A DNA stretch of 64,000 nucleotides from the human T2T-CHM13v2.0 reference genome, Homo sapiens, in the NCBI RefSeq assembly GCF_009914755.1, contig NC_060930.1. One strand, written 5' to 3'. The notes beneath the pieces are model-generated. The model ran no database searches, was not told the origin of the DNA, and saw only the letters and a list, made by a program, of their open reading frames with translations. How positions within the stretch are numbered: position 1 is the first letter of the stretch; the number at the start of each line of letters is the position of its first letter. Shown here one piece after another: positions 14,101-23,799 of the stretch. The position numbers and the translations under genes were made by a program.

Positions 14101-14705
14101 ACTCATATCTATTGCAGATTTTTATTGTAATATGTGCAGGCTTTGCCATCATTTCTGATTAATAACAGCGGATAGCACATAATATAAATTTGGAGAATCT
14201 ATATAATATTTTATAGTAAATTGTATACCAAAATGTTGAACATAGTACATTTTTAGTTATATTTTAAAGTACATTTTGAATGATGCTGAAACTTTTAAAA
14301 ATAGGAAAACAGATTGATTACATACTGATTTAAAGAATTATATACCACTGACATGGTGATTATACTAGAAATATAAAGCAACTAAAGAGGTTTAAGTGAG
14401 TTTGTGAAAGGAATGTTCCCTGTAATTAGTTAGCATTTACATCCTGGACCCTGAGGTATGATTCCACACAATAAGAACTCAAAAGACTATGGCTATGAGG
14501 TTTTTTTTCCATTTCCCCAAGTTCTAAGTATACCCTCTCTAATCAGGGAACTCAATGTCTCATTATAAATGCAACATAATATTGGACAAGATATTTGGAA
14601 TTAAACAGTTTATACATGAAGAGTGTGAATAATTACCCTGGAGGGAAGGGAAACGTTTTGTTTCTTATTTTAAAAAAGTGATATTTTATGATGAAAAAAA
14701 CTTAC

Positions 14706-14770
14706 CCCATTGGGTGGAGAGGAAATCCACTCCAACTCTGTTTGTTGTGCTTTAGAATCCAGCAGTAGTA
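14706..14770 (-). CDS. EPHA7: EPHA7 exon 2 (65 nt), (V)LLLDSKAQQTELEWISSPPNG
   Basis: Acceptor TTTTTCAG at 14771-14778 and donor GGG|GTAAGT. In frame with exons 1 and 3 (97+65=162 nt). Confidence 0.97.
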
Positions 14771-17000
14771 CTGAAAAAGAAAGTTGTATTTCCATATGTT
14801 ACATGAAACACTTAAGCACACATGTAGACATTTTTAAGGTGAATCTTTTCATATAACTATCACTATATGACTTAAGATCTGTAGTTATTTATGTAAATCA
14901 ATGGTGAAATGAACACCCTCCTGATACATGTATATTCCACTTCCTTAAAGGAAAAAAGATATTAAGACACCAATATTATATTTGGTATGCTTTAATTACA
15001 ATATTAAATCTTAAAATGCAATATTAGAATGAGGGTAGAAATTTTATATGTGATACATTAATTCCACAGTAATTATATATTACGGTTTTGTAAACCATTG
15101 AGCTGTTCAAATTTGTCAAATACAATAACATGAACATAATAAGGTATAATTCCTATATTACTCTTGATCCAGTCATTAATTTGTAACATTCTGCCAGCAG
15201 CATTTTCTATTGTCTTTTGAGAATTGGAGTTTATCTTTTAAAAAATCTTTCCACATACAGTGTCGTTAAGCTAAAATGAATACAGAAATGTTAAAAACTG
15301 TTAAGCAATGTTATCAGAAAACCAAATTGCCTATTATTTGCAAGATTTTATTCAGGTTAGTCAAGCATCAGTTTTTTCAGCATTTTTTTTAATTTCTTAA
15401 TTTTCAAAGTGATAGATAATTCTCAAAATGGTATCAACTCTGACTTCTAATCACTTGTATTTCACTTTTATGCTATCAAAAAGCATAATGCGATTAATTT
15501 AAAATGTATATAAAGTGTTATAAATGCTCCTGATACTATCAGTATGAGAATGCATTAGAATGTTATATATTAATACACATAATATTTCTATTTGATATAT
15601 TTTATTTCTTTTTTGGACAATTACTCTTCTAAAGCACTCACTCTTTTGGTCAAACTGGTTTCAGAGTTACATAAGTTTTTGCACTTTAAAAATATTTATC
15701 TGACTCTACACCATTTTGACAAATGCATCAATTTGTCCAGAAATAATAGTGAATAAATTTTAAGTATGTCAATAGGCTTAACATCAGCCTCAGAAAAATG
15801 TTAAAATTTTTACTTAAAATACATGCTTATATGAACTTTTAATAATTATACAACTCAATCACTAGGGATAAAATATGTATTTGAAAGACAAAAATGTGTT
15901 ATGATAAGAAAACAAAGGAACAACTGATTATCTGTTTAAAGGAACAGTTGATTATGTGTTTAATTCCTTCACACTAGTCAAAGTTACTCACTGTAAATGA
16001 AAATAGATATAGAGACCCAGGATTTTTGTTTTGTTGTTGTTGTTGTTTCTTTGTTTAGTGTTTTACACTTAAGACTCTCAGGGAGACTGACAGGAAAAAA
16101 AAAACTTGATCAGAAACATTTGACTCCCTTTCAAATGAGAAACACACCCACAACACTTTCAAAATGCCAATTTGTATTTCAACTTGTAACATCGATAAAT
16201 CGTTGGACTAGCGAATTTATATAAAAAGTAATTTTTAAAGTTTATTTTTATCCTCAACAACAGACATGAAGCACAAGGAAACAAGGTGGGTGGTCAGGTA
16301 CTCTACTCTTTTTGAGATGCTTTCTTAATTTTTATTTTATTTTTCTTGTGTGCTGAATATAGACAACAGGATTTTAAATGCAGGTGACCTTCTTGGGTCA
16401 TTTCTGAGAGTGAAATAAACATTGCGAGATTACTGTTTATTGCCATTCTGCTACCCCTCAGCTCAGCCTGGGGGTGGAAGCAAGGGACCTAAGCAGACAG
16501 CAGTGATGGCCAAGTTAAGAGAGAAACAAACTAACAAATTAAAACAAAACAGAACCCGGCCCGAGAACGTTTAATCGGAAGCCGCTCTCAAGTGATCCGT
16601 GCGTCTCTCTTCTGCTCGGTCCGCTCTCTGGTTAAACCCTCAAAAGAGCGCGTATCCCTTCCCGCTCGGAGCAGAGTGCCGACCTCCCTTTGCGCCCGCG
16701 GAGGCGCAGTCCCTCGGCTCACCCGGACGCTGGGGGCCAGGCCTAGGACTCCAGGGCTCCGCGCCCCGGAGTCCTGTGGGCCAACAGGTGATGGGAGAGG
16801 GGCTAGACTGGGGGCGCGCCCTGACAGACCCAGGCAACGACCGCGCGGGCAAAGGCTGGCGTCCCGGGGCTGGGGCGGGGCCGTCGGAGGGGCGGGGCGG
16901 GGGCTGCCAGGCGGGCGCGCCAGCCGCGCCAAGCATCCATTACGCCTCTGCCAGACCTGGGCACTCCAGGGAGCCGGTGGCGCCCTCGCTCGAGAAGGAG

Positions 17001-17050
17001 TCGGGAAGAGGAGAGTGGCTTTCGGGAAGAGGAGAGTGGCTTTCGGGAAG
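17001..17050. repeat. 21-bp tandem repeat, 2.4 perfect copies (TCGGGAAGAGGAGAGTGGCTT)
   Basis: Units at 17001, 17022 and 17043 (partial). Confidence 0.95.
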
Positions 17051-17068
17051 CATCTCCTCTGAGGAAGA

Positions 17069-17086
17069 GGCGGCGGCGGCGGCGGC
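17069..17086. repeat. (GGC)6
   Basis: Seen directly in the sequence. Confidence 0.9.
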
Positions 17087-19246
17087 ATTTACGGAGAGAA
17101 AAAGTAAGCAGCTGCACTTTGCCTTCAAGCGTCAGACTCTGACACGCGCTCCCTGTAGCGATGATAACTGACCAACCCGAGAGAACGTGCACAAGGAAAG
17201 TGAGGGAAGGGGGTTTCTTATCTTCCTCTAGCCACCCCCAAATGCCCCAGGAGGCCCGGCACCTGCTTCAAGCGGTTCCCAGCGCTAGCCCTTGGGTACT
17301 GCGGGCCGCCTCGGGGCTTGTGAACTCCTAGAACGCCAGCTCTTGGTCGCCGCTGCGCCCTAGAGGCGTCGCCGCCTAGAAGCCGGGCGCACTCGCCGCC
17401 CGCCAGCCACAGATCACCACCCTCCCTCCCATCACCCCCGCGCCTTTTATACATCACACTTCTGCATCTAAAGAATTCAGGCTCTTAGAATCAGAATCCT
17501 CTTCACGTAGCTTGCACCCAGAAGAGCAAAGAGAACTAGACATTCTGGCTGCAGGAACCTCTCCCCCTAGTGATGCAGTTATTTATAGCCCAAACTCCAG
17601 CCCGAGTCTGCGTGTGTTCGCGCGCGGGGTTTCGCCGCGGCGGTGCAAACTTTTCCTCTGGTCCGCTATTCCAGAGGAATCACAGTATGCCAGGGCTGAA
17701 GGTTTCTGATCGCTAACGTCAGGGGAGTAGAAATGTGGTTTTGGAGGGGATGAGCGTGCGTTTCTAGCAGATGTCCGTCCTTCTGCAAACGCGTAACCGC
17801 CAGCTTGGAGGCACGGGGTTCTCTGAATGGGTTCAGCATCTATACAGGTTGCAGATGTGGAAAGTGGGGTCAGAAGGTCAGGCTGAAAGAAGGACTAGAA
17901 TTTGGCGCCGGGTTTGAGGGGGGCTTGAGCGAACTAAGAGGAGTGCACGATGAGAATAAAGAAAAGGTGCACTAAGTTTTCAGAAATAGATGAATCAAGG
18001 ACCTATATGTAAGTCCCCTCAACACCCCGCCCGATAACCACCATGACCTAAATTTCATAACAGATTCCTCTCCCTCTACACATCAGGAATAAGTAATTAT
18101 TTCTCTTCTGCTTTTAACAGATCGAAAAATGAAACTTAGATACACAGCCTGAAAGACCAGGGGGGCGACGGGATGAGGGGGGTTGGGGATGGGATTGTGA
18201 CACTGCTCAAAAGCAAGAGACTTCCATTGACAGGGTTTATTTTTCCCCAGCTCCAACTACAGGCACCGAAAGGTATTTTACCTTCTGTCAAAGGTTCAAA
18301 GAAGGAAAACATAACCATATACAGGCGTATCTGTAACAGCTTGCCAAATAAAACCTGCCTTCTCCTACCAGAACCAACCCTCAGGGTTCAGGTCTTTGGC
18401 AAGGATTGGGCACTCGGATTCCTCAATTGCTGCACTATGGGGCAAATAATTGGGGACTTTGAGTCGCCCAGGCGGCATCCTTACAAATTGCACAGCTCCA
18501 GCCCGCCCCCTGCCTCCACGGCCCGACCAAGCCCGCTGGGCTGCCGCTGCCCCCATGACCGCTGGGCCCGACGCGCAGCGCGCGCTGAATGGAGACATCC
18601 CCGGCCCTCGGGTCGCGCGCCGCACGCCGCGCTTCACCTCCGCGGCGTTATTGTTCCGTGCTGGCGGCCGAGCGCCAACCGCAGGACCGCGCCGCCGCCT
18701 CCGACGCAGTGAGCACTTCATTAGTAACCCGAGCTTTCCGAGCTCATCGAAGTCTCGGTCCCTCTGGGAAGGCTCCGGGCTCCCGCCACTCGCCGGCGGG
18801 CTGGCGGAGACGGTAGGGGCTGCATTTCCCAGTCTCCAACCCAACTCTGGCCGCAGCTCCCACAGAAGGCGAATAAGGAGACAAGGAAGACCGAGCTAGA
18901 GAGAGATGTGACCCGCCTGAGGTACTAAGAAATAAGCTCGCCGGCAGTTCCTCCAACCCCACCCCACCCCCGTTGCTGCTCACGCCCTCCAGACTGCCCG
19001 CGCCAGAAATCCCGCACCCGTCGGATGGACGGCTCCGGGCACAGGGCTGTAGGCGGCTCGGAACAGCCCTGGTTCGCGCTCGCTGGTCCGCCAGGAGCGG
19101 CCTCAGCGGTGAGGGGGCGGGGAGCCGGCGGGGGAGGGTCGCCCGGCGCCGGAGGCGCGGCCGGCAGCGCCGCGGACGAGCTGGCTTGTGCAGGTAGACA
19201 TCTAAATAAATAAGTCAGAACAAACTTTGCTTTCCCATCACCTTAC

Positions 19247-19343
19247 CTTCCTTCGCAGCCTGCGCCTCCCCTGTGTGTGCAAAGCGGAGCAGCCAGATGT
19301 AGCATAAAATAATCCATGAAGGGTACCGAGTTTGAAAAACCAT
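19247..19343 (-). CDS. EPHA7: EPHA7 exon 1 coding part (97 nt), signal peptide MVFQTRYPSWIILCYIWLLRFAHTGEAQAAKE
   Basis: ATG in strong context (ACC ATG G) at 19343. Hydrophobic signal peptide matches the EPHA7 N-terminus as I recall it. Donor AAG|GTAAGG, phase 1. Confidence 0.97.
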
Positions 19344-19560
19344 GGTGCATGAGCAGGTTTTATTTTAGGTTTCAGTTATCTTGAGTCGTGGATTTTTAAA
19401 TGCTGTTTGTTCCGAAGTAGCTTTTGTTTTATTGTGCTCCTTGCATCGATTCCCCTTCTCGGTCCCCGATCGGCTGCTCCACGTTTAGCTTTTTTTAATT
19501 TCCCCCCCACTCCTGTTCGCTCGCACCGTGTTTGCTGCCTGCAAGTCTCCGACTGCAGAC
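19344..19560 (-). other. EPHA7: EPHA7 exon 1 5' UTR (upstream boundary approximate)
   Basis: Lies between the ATG and the AT-rich element/GC box at 19580-19614. The TSS is inferred, not seen. Confidence 0.6.
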
Positions 19561-19579
19561 CGGCCGCTTGCTCCACACT

Positions 19580-19760
19580 CCAATAATATCAATTAGGGGG
19601 GGAGGGGGCGGGGCTCCGAGCTGAGAGCCTCCGCCACTCGGGCTGAGTGGCAGGCACAGCCGGCCTGCCAGGAGGCGATTCCCAGGGCCAAGGGGCGGGT
19701 CCCGGCGAAATGGCCGCCCCGGCCACGGGGGCGGGGTCCGAGGCAGGAGCCAATCGGTGC
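19580..19760 (-). promoter_or_regulatory. EPHA7 core/proximal promoter
   Basis: AT-rich CCAATAATATCAATTA at 19580-19595. GC boxes near 19605-19614, 19692-19699 and 19728-19736. YY1-like AAATGGCCGCC at 19708-19718. AGCCAATC (NF-Y) at 19748-19755. Confidence 0.7.
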
Positions 19761-22700
19761 CGAGCGGAGTCAGGTTGCTGGTCCAGGATTCCCTCCAGGT
19801 TCTGAGCTCGCGCTGGATGTTCAGAGGAGAACGAGGATGGTAGCCGAGGTGTGTGCTGCTTTGGACGCTCTGCTTTTAGCAACCGCAGCTTTCGCGTAGC
19901 AGAATAAATCCGAGAATAACGCTCCCAACTTACACTCTTTTCTATAGCTGTACTCCGCGCGATCTTTTAGAAACCAGAGGCGAAGCAAGCCTTCTCTCAG
20001 CTACCAAGCACGGAGCCCGGACAGTGAAATGAGCTGTGCCTTTAAGTAAAGTGTGTTTTACTTTTTTGTTGTTAGAACCTCCGCGGGCTGGGTAACTTTG
20101 TTTTTTGCCTTTTTGAAAAGTTTCTACTTCTCTTTTTCTGTTACTCCAAGAGCCGTCAGTTTTAGGTACCACCCACCACAATCCCTGAAAGAATAAAGTA
20201 ACCAAGTGTATTATGTTTAAACAATGTTTCCAAGAGTTTGCAACAAGCTCTGGCAAAAGAAACAGAGGAAAAGGGAGTGGGAAAGGAAGTCTTTTGTTTT
20301 AAGCGCCTCTTCTCCTCCGCCCTGTCTCTTCACCATAGTTTGTTGAGCGAAGTGAGACATTAGGAGAGAACCTTCTGATGGTTGCGTATCGTTTTTTTAC
20401 GCGTTTATCATTTTCTAAGGTTTTCCTTGGATTGCCTCCACTTTGATAGTTTTCCATTTCGCTGCATAAATTACACTGAATTTTAAAGAATGCCACTACG
20501 TATTAAATTCATAAAGCAAGACCTTTCTCTTCGCAAGTATTTACCATTTTCAGGAATTATTCAATGCTTATCTTTCAAAGAGAAACTAAGAATAAAAAAA
20601 GTCATAACCAATATCTCCAGTTGAATTCATTCAACCCGAACGGCAAGGAAGGCTGCGTAGAGAAATCTGTTTTCCATTAGGCAGTTTCGGACACTTTGTA
20701 TTCAAGAGGTAGGTAATAAGAGGAAGAACTTTAAAATTTTAATTGCCAAATCTTCAATTTCAAAGGTCACACAGAGTAACTTGATCACATGTTTAAGATG
20801 AATTTCTTTTTTTGTCCTATAATTTCTTCCTTTAAAAATATTTCTCAGTCATTTATGATTTCCTTTTATTTCCGATAGATCCAAAGTTTGATCTCACATA
20901 AGGCTCCAAACTTTTTCCAACCTTTCTATCTGGAAATATAAAGTAAATTGAGTTGTTTCTGCTTTTTATAGTAGGGAGTTCTCTAAGATGACAACCCCCA
21001 GATATTTATTTGTATTTTATGTTAAATTGTCTCCTGTAGTTTTTATTTGCCTAATAAAATAACATGGAAGAGAGATATGAAATTTATTCTTTAAACCTCT
21101 TTGATTCTGTAGTTTCTGAAACATTTCTTCAATGTTACATATTCCTAGCCATTATGCCTATTTAATATTTTAGAAAGTGTATCAAAAAGCATCTTCAGTG
21201 TCCCTTAAAGGATGCATAGAAAATGTAAATGCGTAATAGATTAACCTTAGAAAGAGACAAAAAAAAATATGGGGAGAACACACTTGTTATAGAGGAGATG
21301 AAGCTTTATTTACACAAATAGATGATTTAAGGATGAAACTTGTAAACTAAAACATAAGAGTTAAAAACATAAATCCCTGCACTTAGTCTTTAGAACTCAC
21401 AGAACTACAAACTTACAAATATTAAACCACTTCTAATAGTTAAAACGAATTCTCCAGGATTTCAACACTTTCCCCAGGGTCTCATCCCCACTTCTTAAAA
21501 TGACACCAAGGTGGCCTTTAAAGTTTAAAATATTCCTTTCATCTATTGAATGACTAATACTCAATGATGTGAATACAAATACTTTTCCATTAAAACCAGG
21601 AAACCAAAGAAGTAACATCCTTCACTCCTCTGATGAGTGTAGGTGGTATAGTGAGTCCTCTTTTTGTGTCCCTTCTCTCTGTCAGACACAGGGGCATGTG
21701 TAACTTTACTCTTATTTTTAGAGACAAGAAGCTTCACATTAAATGCACATGTGCCAGGCTGCTGACAGTTCTCCCTGCATAGCTGCACAGTGATACTCAT
21801 TTTTAGGTTTTTCAAACTTCTCTTCTTTCTTTTGTAGTATCTAGATATATTGACAAAGAATTCGGAGCATTTAAATAAAAATAAATGACAGTCAAGAAGA
21901 CAGTGTTCAGCATACAGTATATGATTAATATATAAATTTACACTCGACTGTATTTGACTAATGATAAAGCATATAGACCTATTTGTACATGAAGCCACTG
22001 ACATAAAAATTATCAGTATACAAAACTTTCTCATTTTAAAATAACATAATGGTGAACTTCCTCACACCATTACAATTTATTTTAGCTTCATTTTATGATT
22101 TAAGCATATTATTTCTAATCAATTATTTTTAATAATGCGATGTGTTTGTATATAAAGTGAATTCAAAAGGAACTTGTCTTCCTGAGCAATACCAAATAGT
22201 GTATGAGACCAACACCTGTGCGCCAAAGCAATAATTCTGAAAACTAGTTTTACATTTTTATGCATTCATTGTACAACTAAGTTGATAGCGTCGTCCACAT
22301 ATATTTAGTGAATTTTAAGTAAATGGAAACAGAGACTAAGACCTTAATATTTCAATTTTATATCCCCTCTGTTGCAACATCTATAATAAATGTATAGTGG
22401 AAAGATGAAAAACGCCTCTCTTCAGATACTAAGGAGATATACCCAATTTTAATGCATTTTGTATTATTTATTTGTATAATTACCAATAATCACATGACTG
22501 TACATGTAGGGAAATGTCCAAATTCAAGACACATTCTAAATGAGGGTACACCTGCTATTTTGTTTTAACTTGTTACAATACTAATATTTACCTCACTGTT
22601 TAACTCTGGGAAATATTCTCTGATTTTAAGAGAGAAATAGGAGTAAATTATAATGACTTCAGGGAATAAGTTCTATGAATTTTCAAATGAAAGAAAAGGT

Positions 22701-23780
22701 TATACTGTGTGTGTCTAGTATTCAGGCCATTCGAGGGCAAAGGGACAATTGGAGATTTCAGTATGTTACAAATCCAAGACTGTCAAACTAAATAGTTAAC
22801 AACAATGAAATCAAAGGGCTGTTTCTGAACCCACTACTTTTGTACTTATCATCAAAATGCATTCACAGCTGGCAAATGTGAAAATGCAAGTTCATCACAG
22901 AAAAAGGGTAATTTAAACTGAATTAGAAAAGGTACTGTGCAGAAGAAATTGATTATAAGCAGAAAAGAAGCATTATGTCTTAGTTAACAGATATTACAGA
23001 AAATTGGATTCTGTGATTTCAGTCAAAATATAAACAATCTTTCCACTGTGTAGGAAAATCATTTACATATTTACATTAACATGATTTATGTAGTGTATAT
23101 AAAATATTTATTTGCAGTCTAATGTAAAAAATGTGCATAACCTAAACTCATTAAAAACATATTAATTCATGAATTTTTCTAAGCTCAGATTTAGCTGAAA
23201 GTATAGGAAGTCAGAGGTCAGAAATCAAACCATAAGTCAAGAATTTATTTTGTGCCTTTGTAAAATTTCACACACTTTTGTGAAGTCAGATAAATAAAGT
23301 TCAGAAGATTACAATTATAATTCTTTAAGTACAATTTCCAAGTTAATTTCAGACAGTTTAACAAATAAAAATATAATTTATATCTAAATTATGAGTCCAC
23401 TTGAATATTATTGCTGAGGTACCACTGAAATTTTCTAATCACCTAAAATATTAAAAAGTGTTCAGTCAAATTACTCTTTTTTTAAGTAATATTAAAATAA
23501 CAAAATGTAGCTAGGAAAATGTAGCACTTTATACCTGAAATCAAGTAGCACATGTTCGGTGCTCTTAGTGGATTTTTTTTTTTTCAAACTTGATTTTGCA
23601 TGGGGAGGCTCTTTTCTTCCATTACTTCCAGTTCATTTTGCCATAAATCACCAGGATTGATAGGATGAACTGGCTTAAATTATTCAAATTACTTCTACAT
23701 GCTTCCATGGTTTCTCATGTTGTAATTTTTAAGCTCTTCACCCAGAGGATTTTTAGGTATCAAGATCTGTGATAATTCAG

Positions 23781-23799
23781 CGACCACCAGGGGGCAACA
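23781..23799 (+). promoter_or_regulatory. CTCF motif
   Basis: CGACCACCAGGGGGCAACA, a close match to the CTCF core CCACCAGGGGGCGC, isolated in AT-rich DNA. Confidence 0.7.

Larger units (their letters stand above)
16550..17820. promoter_or_regulatory. Second CpG island in intron 1
   Basis: CpG-dense, with a cluster of GC boxes at 16872-16905. Confidence 0.85.
18450..20050. promoter_or_regulatory. CpG island over promoter, exon 1 and 5' part of intron 1
   Basis: Very high GC and CpG density against AT-rich flanks. Confidence 0.9.

Noticed and set aside
16588-19882. Many 60-190 aa ORFs on both strands in the CpG islands
   Set aside because: Pro/Arg/Gly/Ala-rich and overlapping in multiple frames, as expected from stop-codon scarcity in GC-rich DNA. 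No recognisable domains.
21561-22034. 157-aa ORF upstream of the promoter
   Set aside because: No recognisable homology, splice context or coding-like composition.
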